64,000 nt of DNA from Candidatus Latescibacterota bacterium (GCA_965248265.1 CBDFJF010000001.1:1792001-1856000), one strand, 5' to 3'; shown: positions 1-9,978, numbered from the stretch's first letter. Made by a program: numbers and translations. The notes: generated from the letters alone by a model not told the origin.

Positions 1-2
1 AA

Positions 3-632
3 CCTGGACGCATCACTACCGTTCAGCCGGGCGTTGACACCCATCGGTGGAATGCGACAGGTAGCGTCACGCCGCCCGACGTCGCGCGTTCTGCCAACAG
101 ACGTTTCATTTTCAGCCTGGGTAATACGCACCCTTACAAGAACGTACCGAGGTTGCTTCACGCCTTTGCCAGCATCGCCCCGTCCTTCCCGGAGGTCGAT
201 CTCGTCGTCTCCGGGCACGGCCGCGCTTACGCGACATTGCAACGGCTCGCTGATCGCGCCGGCATCAGTGCTCGCGTCAAGTTCACTGGAACCGCCAGTG
301 ATGAGGAGGTGAAGGGTTGTTTCAAGGAAGCCCTGTTCTTCGCCTTCCCTTCCCTGGTTGAGGGCTTCGGGCTGCCCGTCCTGGAGGCCATGGCCTGTGG
401 TTGCCCAGTCCTGACCTCCGACTGCTCCGCACTCAAGGAAGTCGCCGAGGGCGCCGCCGAGTTGGTCGATCCCACGGACGTCAATGCCATAGCAGCCGGG
501 ATGTCCAAACTGATTCAGCAGGAGGGGTTGAGGCGTGGTCTTATCGAGCGTGGTAAGACGCGAGCCAGTGGGATGACGTGGGAGCAGACAGCCCGCCAGA
601 TGGTCGCCGTCTACCGGGAACTGGCCGCCTGA
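3..632 (+). CDS. Glycosyltransferase family 4 (GT-B), 5' end outside the window
   Basis: Frame is open from position 3 (PGRITTVQPGVD...SLGNTHPYKNVPRLL). GT4 signature FPSLVEGFGLPVLEAMACGCPV; ends TWEQTARQMVAVY. Confidence 0.92.
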   Translation, partial: PGRITTVQPGVDTHRWNATGSVTPPDVARSANRRFIFSLGNTHPYKNVPRLLHAFASIAPSFPEVDLVVSGHGRAYATLQRLADRAGISARVKFTGTASDEEVKGCFKEALFFAFPSLVEGFGLPVLEAMACGCPVLTSDCSALKEVAEGAAELVDPTDVNAIAAGMSKLIQQEGLRRGLIERGKTRASGMTWEQTARQMVAVYRELAA

Positions 633-641
633 GTAGCCCCG

Positions 642-711
642 TCATGTTGATTGCAATAGTCGCAGCGATCGCCCTCCGCTCATGTTGATTGCAATAGTCG
701 CAGCGATCGCC
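642..711 (+). repeat. 32-bp direct duplication covering the start codon of the next gene
   Basis: TCATGTTGATTGCAATAGTCGCAGCGATCGCC at 642-673 and 680-711, followed by short ATCGCC iterations. Confidence 0.95.
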
Positions 712-1716
712 ATCGCCATCGCCATCGGCGTAGCCGCTTTCATCGGCTACCGAGCCCGCGTGAACGGGCCGTTCGAACCGACACATTACATATGGTTTCG
801 CGGCCTCGGACTGCTGTGCGACAAGAACGGGGGCCTGGACTTCCTCAAGCGCCAGCGCGGCAGCCGCGAATCCATGCCCCTCGACCTCGACGAGTACGCC
901 AACATCAGGGACGGCGATCTGGTCTGGGTCCGCCACCTCGCCCTGCCGCAGTTTGCCGACCTCGTGTTGCCGACCATCAGTGCCCGCTTCGGACTGGTAT
1001 CAGGCGACGAAGATTGGGGAATACCCTCAGGATTCTCCGACGCTGACAGGATCCTCGAATGCCAGCACCTCGTGCACTGGTTCACGCAGAACTACGATGG
1101 CACCGATACCAGCGGCAAGATATCAGGCCTGCCACTAGGCCTGGACTTTCACACCATCAGCAATCGGCGCAAGTGGGGACACTGGCCGATGACGCCACGA
1201 CAACAGGAGACCCAGCTCAAGGAGATCGTCGTCAGCATGCCGCCGACGGCCGCCCGCACCCGGCTGGTACACGCGGACTTTCACCTCAACAAGCTTAAGA
1301 AGCAGGTCTGGGGTGAAGGACGCATCGAGGTGGAGGCAACCCTGCGCGGCAATCAGTCTATCTATTTCGAGGAGCGCAAGATTCGGCGGCTGGATTCGTG
1401 GAAGAAGAAGACGACCTTCGCCTTCGAAGTGAGCCCCCACGGCAACGGTCTCGACTGCTTGCGCACCTGGGAGTCCCTCGTCCTCGGCAACATCGTCATC
1501 GTCAAGCGCTCTTCATTGGACCCGTTGTACGAAGGGTTGCCCGTCGTCATCCTGGAGGATTGGGACGAGATAACGGAGGCCAATCTGGATCGTTGGCTGG
1601 AACTACACGCGACTGCCTTTGACGATCCGGCCATGCAGGAACGGCTCACCAACAAGCACTGGATCGAATACATGAGAGGGAAGATGCGATCGCTGATGGA
1701 TAGCGCGTCCTCGTAG
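682..1716 (+). CDS. Membrane-anchored exostosin/GT47-like putative glycosyltransferase
   Basis: N-terminal hydrophobic anchor. C-terminal FEVSPHGNGLDCLRTWESLVLGNIVIV resembles the exostosin-like SPxGxGxDxxRxWEAL motif. Lies downstream of a GT4. Confidence 0.6.
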   Translation: MLIAIVAAIAIAIAIGVAAFIGYRARVNGPFEPTHYIWFRGLGLLCDKNGGLDFLKRQRGSRESMPLDLDEYANIRDGDLVWVRHLALPQFADLVLPTISARFGLVSGDEDWGIPSGFSDADRILECQHLVHWFTQNYDGTDTSGKISGLPLGLDFHTISNRRKWGHWPMTPRQQETQLKEIVVSMPPTAARTRLVHADFHLNKLKKQVWGEGRIEVEATLRGNQSIYFEERKIRRLDSWKKKTTFAFEVSPHGNGLDCLRTWESLVLGNIVIVKRSSLDPLYEGLPVVILEDWDEITEANLDRWLELHATAFDDPAMQERLTNKHWIEYMRGKMRSLMDSASS

Positions 1717-1764
1717 ACGTGGCCATGCTGAAAATCGGTGGCTGACACAGCGACCACCTGGCCT

Positions 1765-2238
1765 TCAATCATGTTGCGATTGCTGATCACTCTGCCTGCG
1801 ACCCTCGCTACGCACCCCGCCACCGACGACGAGAGCCGCGCTCACGAGAGCAAGGTTCTTGATGATGTACTGCCCTTCCAGGGTCAACCCGTACGGCACG
1901 CTGGTGAAGCAGATGTCAGGAAGCAGGATCAGAGGCAGCACCGTTCCCGGCATCTGAATGAAGAGCAACAGGATGCCGGCGCGTATCAGCGGCCGCACGA
2001 TCAGGCACACCCCAATCGCCACCTCCCACCAGCCTAAAACGGGGACGAAGACCTCCGAGGGAAACCAGTAGACGGTCGCCTCGACCAGGCCCTGCGCCGG
2101 GCTGATTCCGAACAGCTTGAGAATCCCGAACCAGATGAAGATGACGCCCAGCGATACACGCAGCGCCGGCGACCCCCAGCGGGACATGAAATTGGCGATG
2201 GCCAGGTCCCACCGGGCTATGAGTTGAGGATCGATCAA
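1765..2238 (-). CDS. DoxX-family membrane protein
   Basis: LRVSLGVIFIWFGILK and LEGQYIIKNL motifs, about 4 hydrophobic segments. TTG start overlaps the upstream stop. Confidence 0.8.
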   Translation of the reverse strand: MIDPQLIARWDLAIANFMSRWGSPALRVSLGVIFIWFGILKLFGISPAQGLVEATVYWFPSEVFVPVLGWWEVAIGVCLIVRPLIRAGILLLFIQMPGTVLPLILLPDICFTSVPYGLTLEGQYIIKNLALVSAALVVGGGVRSEGRRQSDQQSQHD

Positions 2239-3041
2239 ACCCTTCTGTTCGCCAATACTTCAACGTGCCGTTGCCAGGTTCCGGCGATGGGCTCTCCGTG
2301 TTCGGCCGTACCGTCTGAGGCGCCTGGACCAGTAAGAATTGGATTGGGAAACCCTTCCCTCCTGGGCTCGGGCTTGCGGAAATGGTCGACGTGCAGGAAG
2401 TGGTAGGCCGCTCCCGCCCGTGGACTATCTGTGGTGTTGGCCCTGGTGCAGTGGGGCGTTCCATAGCAGAAGAACACGACACCGCCCGCCTTGATCTCGC
2501 ACGCCACGGCCTGCGCTTCATCGACCTCGCAATGGATGTGGTGATCGCTATTCAGATCTCGCCCATGCTCGAGGTTTTCTTTAAAGGCATCCGGCAGTAC
2601 ATGTAATGTCCCGTTGGCGATGGTCCCGTCGTGGATGGCGATCCACATCGCCGTTCCCTTCAACGGATCCTCGATCTTGAAGTAACCGTTGTCCTGGTGC
2701 CAGCCCGTGCCCGCACCATGCCTTGGCGGTTTGAGGAATACTTGATCCAGATGCAACACGAACGGCGAGCCGATCAATGCGGTCACCGCCTCCAACACCT
2801 TGGACTCGAACGGCAGCGCTCGGAACAGATCGCTGTGTGGCGACATCGGGCAAAGCTGCAGGTTCGCTTTTGCGCTGGATGGTGTTTGACCGTCCCCGTC
2901 CGTACTCACGTTTCTGATCAGCTGGTCCTTTTCGAAGCGCTCGATCTCTGTCCACATCGCCGCCACTTCAACGGGCGTGAAGAAATCTTCGACGATGACG
3001 TACCCATGACTTCGAAAGTGGTCTACCTGTTCAGTTTGCAT
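2235..3041 (-). CDS. Phytanoyl-CoA dioxygenase (PhyH) family Fe(II)/2-oxoglutarate oxygenase
   Basis: FRSHGYVIVEDF, KPP..G.GTGWHQDNGY (HxD), NGTLHVLP, distal His in TPH. Start placed at MQTEQV (ORF track extends to 3152). Confidence 0.88.
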   Translation of the reverse strand: MQTEQVDHFRSHGYVIVEDFFTPVEVAAMWTEIERFEKDQLIRNVSTDGDGQTPSSAKANLQLCPMSPHSDLFRALPFESKVLEAVTALIGSPFVLHLDQVFLKPPRHGAGTGWHQDNGYFKIEDPLKGTAMWIAIHDGTIANGTLHVLPDAFKENLEHGRDLNSDHHIHCEVDEAQAVACEIKAGGVVFFCYGTPHCTRANTTDSPRAGAAYHFLHVDHFRKPEPRREGFPNPILTGPGASDGTAEHGEPIAGTWQRHVEVLANRRV

Positions 3042-3199
3042 GCGCTTGGTTCCGTGTTTGGTCCGAGGACGAGATTTGGTGGAAACTTGAGGCCGGAGTT
3101 CCTGACGCGCAACCGCCTCGACAGCTGGAATCGGCTTTACCACACTCTCCAATCACAGTCTAATACACCTATCAAGGGCCAACCGGCGGCAGAGGAACT

Positions 3200-4036
3200 A
3201 TGGCAGACCGCACATCGCTCGTCCCCCACTACACATTTTCCCGGTACCCTCGAGGAGCAGGAAGCCGCGCTGGCCACCAACCCGCTAATGCAACGGTTGA
3301 TTGAGTCGCGGGCAACCTATGCCGATGACCCTCATCGCCCCGCCTACCACTACGTCAACCCGGAGGCAATGCTCAACGACCCCAACGGCCTGTGCTACTG
3401 GCAGGGGCATTGGCACCTGTTCTATCAGGCCTATCCGCCTGAGGATACTCGTCAGCACTGGGGCCACGCCATCTCGAAGGACCTGGTCCACTGGCGCGAC
3501 CTGCCCTATTGCATCTACCCGGACCCAGAGGACAAGTGTTTCTCGGGGGCTGCGTTGGTGGAGGAGAACCGGGTCATCGCTATGTACCATGGGACAGAAG
3601 CCGGCAACATGGTCGCGATCTCCGACGACCCGCTGCTGCTGAACTGGACCAAGGTCGGTGACAGGGCCGTCATTCCGATGCCGGAACCCGATTCAAATGC
3701 GCCATATCGTGTGTTCGATCCCTGTATCTGGAAAAAGGACGGGCGCTACTATTCGCTGTCAGCCGGCACCAAGCCCGAGGGACCGGCCGGCAAGCCGGTG
3801 CGCGCCAACTTTCTCTTCAAATCAGAGGACCTGGAACATTGGACCTACCTGCACCCCTTCGTCGAAGACGACGCCTTCACTCTGGTTGGGGATGACGGCG
3901 CCTGTCCCTACTTCTGGCCGATCGGTGACGCGTCTACCCCGAGCGCAGCGACAGTCTTGGAGTGTCCTTTCGCTCTCAGGGAACCACCAGCAGCATCCAC
4001 TCGCTCGACGCCTGGCAGATGAAGTCGATCTGGTGA
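3200..4036 (+). pseudogene. GH32 (beta-fructosidase-like) pseudogene: 5' frameshift plus internal deletion
   Basis: RBS AGAGGA then ATG at 3200 (MADRTSLVPHYTF) is out of frame with the body at TTTTCCC (3236-3242). Body has LNDPNG, WGHAISKDLVHW, FSG, FDP. At about 3929 it jumps to a GH32-like C-terminus RVYPERSDSLGVSFRSQG...LDAWQMKSIW* in another frame (stop 4034-4036). Confidence 0.8.
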
Positions 4037-4135
4037 TCGCAACTGGGGAAATTCCTGATCACATTCAGCAACCACTAAGAGAACGGAGTTCTCCGCGTGC
4101 AGAGCTGTAATTGATTCTGATGGGCTAATAGAGCC

Positions 4136-5536
4136 TCAACAGGCCCGAAAACGGATCGAGAACAGGTCCGCGTCCTTGAGCACAAACCGCAGGTGCACGG
4201 CCTTCCCGGCGAGTCGACTCACGTCGCTGCCGCCGCGCCAGGTGACGGCGTGTTCGATCTCGTCACCGTAGATTTCCGGACACTCACGCAGTGTGTACCC
4301 GGGTACCGGCTTGCCGGCAGCATCGCGTATCTCGACTCGCACACTGCCGGCCGCGGAGGTCGCATAGTTCATAACCAGCTCACGCCCGGTAAAGCGCAGG
4401 GTCTTTGTGAGCAGCTCGCCCCCACGATTGGACGCATGCACCGCAACGAAGCCATCGAGCCGCAGGGTGTGACGTCGCAACCGGCATGGACCGGTCACGT
4501 AGTTCTCGTGGGAGTAGAGTGACAGCTCCGTCGGCATACTGGACAGTTCCGGCGCCGTCTCGAGTATACCCCACGCCATCAGGTTGGTGCGTTGAGACCA
4601 CCGTTCGCGCATGGGACCGGGACGCAGGAATGCCTCGCCCCAGCGATGCCAGTGCTTGCCGCCGTCGCGGCTTGTCATGTACAAACTGTCAGACACCCCG
4701 GGGAAAGGGTGCTCGGTAACCTTCGTGCGCTCTTTCAGAAAGCGCATGGGAAACCCCATCAGGATGTGCGGAGCGCGGAAGTACGCCACCGTCGCGTTGG
4801 TGTAGAGTTCCTCGCTCGGCGCGTCCCCAAATTCCACCCACTCCGGATCCGTCCAGTTGACGAAGTCGGATGACGTACAGACCATGATGTTGCGGACGCC
4901 GTCACGCCGACAGCGGAGAAACATGGCGTAATGACCGCGCTCTTCATCCCAGAACGCCAGGTTCTGTGAGTCGAACATGTTCGGCAATGTGCCTTTGACG
5001 ACGGGCTGACGACGCAGCAGCTTCCAACGCAAACCGTCCGGTGAGACGTAGGCGAAAAGGGCGTCCTTGCCCTTGCTCCCAAGCGCCTTGTAACGCCGGC
5101 TTGGCGGACAGGCGGGATTCGTGTCCCGGAATGGCGTGAAGTTATGGCTGCCGACCCCGTCCCAGACAACGTTGTTCGCGGTCGAACCGCGGAACTCGCA
5201 AAAACCCAGCTTCGGTCGGACCCAACGGATGCCGTCCTGACTTTCAGCGCAGCACGCGACCTCATGCGCAGCGATGGTGCGCGACTTCATGGTTGCACCG
5301 CGGTAGTAGAGGCGCATTATGTCGCCATCCCTGAACACCGTGTAGAAGGCGCACCCGGGGCCTTCCCACGGCTTGGTGAAGCTGATGACCACCTCGCGCG
5401 GAGTGGGGGCCTGGAGCCTCAGCGAAGCTCCGCGCAAACGCTCAATCAGATAGTCGTCAACGAACAACTCCAGGCGTGAACCGAGGTCAATGACCCCACG
5501 CCGGCTCGCCGGCAAATTTTCCCCCAATGTTGACAT
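4136..5536 (-). CDS. Five-bladed beta-propeller glycosidase-like protein with C-terminal beta-sandwich
   Basis: RLELFVDDYLIE N-terminus, Asp-box-like repeats (ESQDGIRW, SPDGLRW, SSDFVNW, SRDGGKHW), LRLDGF and DADLFSIRF C-terminus. Confidence 0.65.
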   Translation of the reverse strand: MSTLGENLPASRRGVIDLGSRLELFVDDYLIERLRGASLRLQAPTPREVVISFTKPWEGPGCAFYTVFRDGDIMRLYYRGATMKSRTIAAHEVACCAESQDGIRWVRPKLGFCEFRGSTANNVVWDGVGSHNFTPFRDTNPACPPSRRYKALGSKGKDALFAYVSPDGLRWKLLRRQPVVKGTLPNMFDSQNLAFWDEERGHYAMFLRCRRDGVRNIMVCTSSDFVNWTDPEWVEFGDAPSEELYTNATVAYFRAPHILMGFPMRFLKERTKVTEHPFPGVSDSLYMTSRDGGKHWHRWGEAFLRPGPMRERWSQRTNLMAWGILETAPELSSMPTELSLYSHENYVTGPCRLRRHTLRLDGFVAVHASNRGGELLTKTLRFTGRELVMNYATSAAGSVRVEIRDAAGKPVPGYTLRECPEIYGDEIEHAVTWRGGSDVSRLAGKAVHLRFVLKDADLFSIRFRAC

Positions 5537-6018
5537 GCGGATCCCGCCGAATAGTTGGCTCGCTTACGTGCACTATTGCTTCAGTTGGCCGCTGGTTCAC
5601 AGCTGGGATATTGTGAGATCCACCACCTGACATCCAGCATCACGGCAACACGGAATAAACCTCGTCGACGGATAGGACCGATAGGCAGCAATTGTGGATA
5701 GTTTAGATCTCTCAGGACCTTGGTGTCGAGTGGAATATAGGCTTTCGGGCGGAATGCGTGTTTCGCGGAGCTCGGCGGGCGTGGCGAAATCCCCAACACC
5801 AGTTCGACTTTGCCGCCTGAGACCGACCGGCCGGACACCGCTGAGTCCCGATTTTGTCACTACCGGCTGCCGTTGCGCCCGCAGGCGCTGATCCGGACAC
5901 CCTATCCGCGGCCCCCATCGATCACCAGACGGCGATCAACGCACAAGCACGGCCTCAACGCCCTCGAAAAACCTCAAACGAGCTTGACCGACTCACGATA
6001 ATACCGTTAATAACCACT

Positions 6019-6699
6019 ATGCACCTCTGTGACCATGCCCCGGTTGATATTTTGTCGAACTTGCGATACGCCCTGCTCGCGCTCGCGCTGCTGACAGCGA
6101 CCGCCACCACCTCGGCAGCCGGCCTCGACGACCATCCCGAATTACAGCTACAGGATGTTCAGGAGAACGATCGTTGCCTTGTCTGCGGTGGCGAACTGGA
6201 AAAGGATGGTGGCCTGGCCTTTTTGTACAAAGGGCGCCGCATCACCCTCGATACGCTCCACCTGGAAGAATTTCTGCAGAATCCCTCCGCCTATTTCTCT
6301 CACTTGCAACCGCGTGGTGCGCTGTTCCAGGAAAGTGGCGGCGGCCACCTGAGGAAGGGGTGGTTGTACTTGGGAGTTTGGATTGTTCTCGGCTTGGCCG
6401 GTGCCGCCGTCTGTACCGGCGTGGCTCTGCGCAAAGGCTTGCCACCCACGCGATGGTTCGCGGCGGGATTGGTTGCCAATATCCTCGCCGTCATCGTCGT
6501 CGTCACACGCTCGGCTCCCAAACCGATTCCCCTGCCACCCCGGTTGGCCAAGATACCGACGACGTTGGCCCCGTACCTGTGCGCTCGATGTGGCGCCCAG
6601 AACCACCCATCGGCAACACAATGCATCGACTGCGGCGCTGCCATCGAACCGACCGCTGACTCCGAGGTCAACCATAACGGGCAGAGATCACAGTCATGA
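6019..6699 (+). CDS. Membrane protein with YHS/TRASH-like exported domain and C-terminal zinc ribbon
   Basis: Signal-like N-terminus, CLVCG...YKGR...FLQNPSAY, two TM helices, CARCG...CIDCG. Stop overlaps the next ATG (ATGA). Exact start uncertain. Confidence 0.65.
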   Translation: MHLCDHAPVDILSNLRYALLALALLTATATTSAAGLDDHPELQLQDVQENDRCLVCGGELEKDGGLAFLYKGRRITLDTLHLEEFLQNPSAYFSHLQPRGALFQESGGGHLRKGWLYLGVWIVLGLAGAAVCTGVALRKGLPPTRWFAAGLVANILAVIVVVTRSAPKPIPLPPRLAKIPTTLAPYLCARCGAQNHPSATQCIDCGAAIEPTADSEVNHNGQRSQS

Positions 6700-8990
6700 T
6701 CAAGACTGCGCAGAGCTGGCTCGAAAACAGTCTGTTCGCCTCCGCGGATGGTCCCAGCCGCCGACCCCAGCTGTCGGCGAAATTCGAGAGCAACATCCCG
6801 GGGCTGTTCGTCGTCGGCGACCTGGCTGGCGCGCCCGTGATCAAGCTGGCCATGGAGCAGGGGTACAATGTTATTGAACATATAGCCTCGCTGCCTCAGC
6901 CCACCGCGCCTGAGGGTGTCTCCGAAGACGACTTCCTCGTCGACATCCTCGTCATCGGCGCCGGCGCCGCCGGCCTCAACGCCGCGTTGGCCGCCCGCGA
7001 CCGTGGACTGTCCTGTATCCTGCTCGAGAAAGCCAAGGTCGCCAATACCATCGAGAACTTCCCGGAGGGCAAGTGGGTCTACGCCGAACCCGACAGCACG
7101 GTTCCCAAGGGGAAGCTGTGGCTGGACGGCGCCCGGAAAGAAGACCTGATCGAGCGCTGGCATCAGATCGTCGACGACAACGAAATCGATGTGCGGGTGG
7201 AAGAACCGCTGACCGCAGTTGATAAAGTAGACGGCCTCTTCACCGCCACCACCCCCAAACAGAGCTACCGGGCCCGCTGGATCGTCCTGGCCACGGGTCA
7301 GCGCGGCTATCCCCGCAAACTCGACGTCGAAGGTGAAGACCAGGAACATGTCTATCACCGGCTCTACAGCCCGCGTCACTACAAGGACGAGGACATTCTC
7401 GTCATCGGCGGTGGCAACAGTGCCATCGAGGCGGCGCTGACACTGTGCGAGCAGAACCGGGTGGTTCTGTCCTACCGCAGCGCCGAGTTCTCGCGCTTGT
7501 TCAAGGACAACCGTGAGGCCCTCGATCGCGCCGTCGCCGTCGGCGACATCCGTGTGTTGTTCAACTCCAACGTCAAGAGCTTCGGGACGGATCAAGCCAC
7601 CCTCGCGGTCGCAGCGCAAGGCGAGGACCCGCGCGAGGAAGAAGTCCCCATGCAGCACGCCTTCGTCCTCGTCGGCTCAGAGGTCCCCGTCCGCTTTTTG
7701 AAGTCGCTGGGCATCAAGCTGGAAAACGAATGGAGCGGCTCGCTGGCGCGCTCACTGTGGCTGTCACTGGCTTCGCTCGCGGGACTGTGGCTGTTTGGCG
7801 GTCAAACCGGATGGACCGCGCTCGAGCACCAGTTTATTCCCCCGGTTGGCCTGGTGCTGGCCCTGGTCTCGATTGGGAGCTTGATCCATTTCGGTCGCTC
7901 CGGCGATCGCTGGGCTTGGCTCGGAATCTCCTTCTTGGTGTGGTACGCCATCTACGGCATCAAAGTGGGGACAGGAGAGGAGTTCTGGCCCTTCAAGAAC
8001 TGGGGTTACCAGGCCATGTCGTTCTTCGAGCGGCCCTGGAGCTTCTGGTACACCGTCATCTACACCGGCCTGATGACGGTCTTCGGCATTCAGGCGATCA
8101 AGCGCTGGGGTCTTGAGCGCAAGGACCGCTTCCAGATCTGGCGTTTCGTCAGCCTGCTCGGATTCCAGTGGCTGTTCTTCTTCCTGGTACCTGAGTTCCT
8201 CTTTCAGTGGGCAGTCGAATACCAGTGGGTTGGCGAGTTGGCCCAGGACCCCGCCTTCGCTGATCAGTCCTGGCGCAGTTACGGCATCGTCTACGCCTGG
8301 CCCCTGTTCTTCTACACTTTTTTTTATAACCCGCACCACATCTGGGTGGTGTGGGGGGTGTTATTGACCTTCGTCATCATCCCCATCTTCGTCCTCTTCA
8401 ACGGCAAGCGCTATTGCTCTTGGATCTGCGGTTGCGGCGGCCTGGCCGAGACCTTCGGTGACCGCTGGCGCCACCTGGCGCCCAAGGGCAAAACGGCGAT
8501 TCGCTGGGAGAAAATGAACCTCGGCGTCCTCGTCCTGGCGACGCTCATTACCGTGGTCATGCTGGTGCGGGATGTGTACGGGCTGTTCAACGACGTGGCG
8601 GATTGGTCGATGGCCATCTATCGCATTGGCGTGGACGTCTGGCTCATCGGCATCCTGCCGGTGACCCTCTACCCGTTCCTGGGAGGCAAAGTCTGGTGCC
8701 GCTACTGGTGCCCCCTGGCAAAACTGATGGATCTGATGTCCAACCTCTACGTCAAGCTGGGCATCAGCCGCTACCACATCGAGTCCAACGATAAGTGCAT
8801 CTCGTGCAACGAGTGCTCGCGCAATTGTCTCGTTGGCATCGACGTGATGTCGTTCGCCATGAAACAGGACGTGCTCGACAACAGCAACAGCTCCTGTATC
8901 GGTTGTGGTGTCTGCGTGACGGTCTGTCCGATGGACGTGCTCTCCTTCGAGGCCAAACCGAAACAGACCACTGCGACAGGCGCCGGCTAA
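6696..8990 (+). CDS. TrxB/FNR-like FAD-NAD(P)H oxidoreductase fused to NapH-like membrane polyferredoxin
   Basis: ILVIGAGAAG, LATG, VIGGGNSA...SYR; multiple TM helices; RYCSWICGCG and WCRYWCP; two [4Fe-4S] motifs CISCNECSRNC and CIGCGVCVTVCP. Confidence 0.85.
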   Translation: MIKTAQSWLENSLFASADGPSRRPQLSAKFESNIPGLFVVGDLAGAPVIKLAMEQGYNVIEHIASLPQPTAPEGVSEDDFLVDILVIGAGAAGLNAALAARDRGLSCILLEKAKVANTIENFPEGKWVYAEPDSTVPKGKLWLDGARKEDLIERWHQIVDDNEIDVRVEEPLTAVDKVDGLFTATTPKQSYRARWIVLATGQRGYPRKLDVEGEDQEHVYHRLYSPRHYKDEDILVIGGGNSAIEAALTLCEQNRVVLSYRSAEFSRLFKDNREALDRAVAVGDIRVLFNSNVKSFGTDQATLAVAAQGEDPREEEVPMQHAFVLVGSEVPVRFLKSLGIKLENEWSGSLARSLWLSLASLAGLWLFGGQTGWTALEHQFIPPVGLVLALVSIGSLIHFGRSGDRWAWLGISFLVWYAIYGIKVGTGEEFWPFKNWGYQAMSFFERPWSFWYTVIYTGLMTVFGIQAIKRWGLERKDRFQIWRFVSLLGFQWLFFFLVPEFLFQWAVEYQWVGELAQDPAFADQSWRSYGIVYAWPLFFYTFFYNPHHIWVVWGVLLTFVIIPIFVLFNGKRYCSWICGCGGLAETFGDRWRHLAPKGKTAIRWEKMNLGVLVLATLITVVMLVRDVYGLFNDVADWSMAIYRIGVDVWLIGILPVTLYPFLGGKVWCRYWCPLAKLMDLMSNLYVKLGISRYHIESNDKCISCNECSRNCLVGIDVMSFAMKQDVLDNSNSSCIGCGVCVTVCPMDVLSFEAKPKQTTATGAG

Positions 8991-9048
8991 GATCCTCGTC
9001 GCGGCCGCAGCTGCCTCGGCGCGTCTCCCCGACCTCCATTATCCCGAC

Positions 9049-9978
9049 TCAACCCAGCTCACTCACCACCACATCTCCGTACAAGCGTTCAGCGTCCGCC
9101 ATGTGGCAATCCGCGGTTCCTTCCGTGAGTACGACGGCAGCGGAAACAGCTCCTGCCCAGCGCAGGGAGGCCTTCCAGCCGTCCCCTTTCGCCAGGCGCC
9201 AGACCAGTGAGGCCGAAGCGGCGTCACCGGCCCCCGCCGCATTGACCGGCTGCTGCACAGGTGGAGTCACACGAAAGGCCCCCTCGGCACAGAAGGCCAA
9301 CATCCCCTCTGCCCCCATCGTCAACACCAGGGCACCCATCCCGTGAGTCCGGTAGACACGATGCGATTCGGCTAGCCAACCCTCGAATGATTGTGGCCGC
9401 ACTCCGAAGGTCTGCGCAAACTCCTCCAGGTTCATCTTGACGATAGCAGGACGCGCCGGCAGCGAGGCCAGCATCGGTTCGCCGGCACAATCGATGAGCA
9501 CGGGGGTGTCAGCGGCTGCGACTATGAGATCGTGGTAGAAGGTCTGCGGACAACCCGGTGCCAGCGTCCCGGCGCCGATCACCCAGTCCGCCTCGTGGAT
9601 CCGAACACGAAAAAGCCGCATCAATTCCTGCAGATGCTCTTCGCCGACCTTCAGAGCTCCGGCCATGATATGACTGTGGCGCCCATGCGCGGTCTCACAG
9701 ACGACCAGGGCGAGGCGAGTCTCCCCTTCGACCCGGACCGCTTCGGTGGTGATGCCGTAACGACCGGCAACAGCCAGCATTTCGCGACCGGTGGCACCGG
9801 CCTCGAACACCAGGCCCACGGTATCGACACCCAGGTGGGTCAGCACGACAGCGCAGTCCATGCCCTTCCCACCCATGCAGTCGTCGTAGCCATCCGTCCG
9901 CATCACCAACCCGGGCGACCACTCGTCGATGAACAGGATACGGTCGAGGGCCGAGTTAGGCGTTACCGTCAAAATCAT
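9049..9978 (-). CDS. 1-phosphofructokinase/LacC-family hexose kinase (PfkB)
   Basis: [34 protein letters not shown]. Confidence 0.9.
   Translation of the reverse strand: MILTVTPNSALDRILFIDEWSPGLVMRTDGYDDCMGGKGMDCAVVLTHLGVDTVGLVFEAGATGREMLAVAGRYGITTEAVRVEGETRLALVVCETAHGRHSHIMAGALKVGEEHLQELMRLFRVRIHEADWVIGAGTLAPGCPQTFYHDLIVAAADTPVLIDCAGEPMLASLPARPAIVKMNLEEFAQTFGVRPQSFEGWLAESHRVYRTHGMGALVLTMGAEGMLAFCAEGAFRVTPPVQQPVNAAGAGDAASASLVWRLAKGDGWKASLRWAGAVSAAVVLTEGTADCHMADAERLYGDVVVSELG

Noticed and set aside
2631-3199. N-terminal 190 codons of the 463-aa ORF 2631-4022
   Set aside because: Mostly an antisense shadow of the PhyH gene; GH32 similarity and an RBS begin only at about 3200.
6300-7658. Long antisense ORFs (6300-7658, also 19554-20639, 42941-43957, 54525-55223, 62324-63190)
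   Set aside because: They lie opposite well-supported genes, lack motifs, and are expected from GC-rich codon bias.
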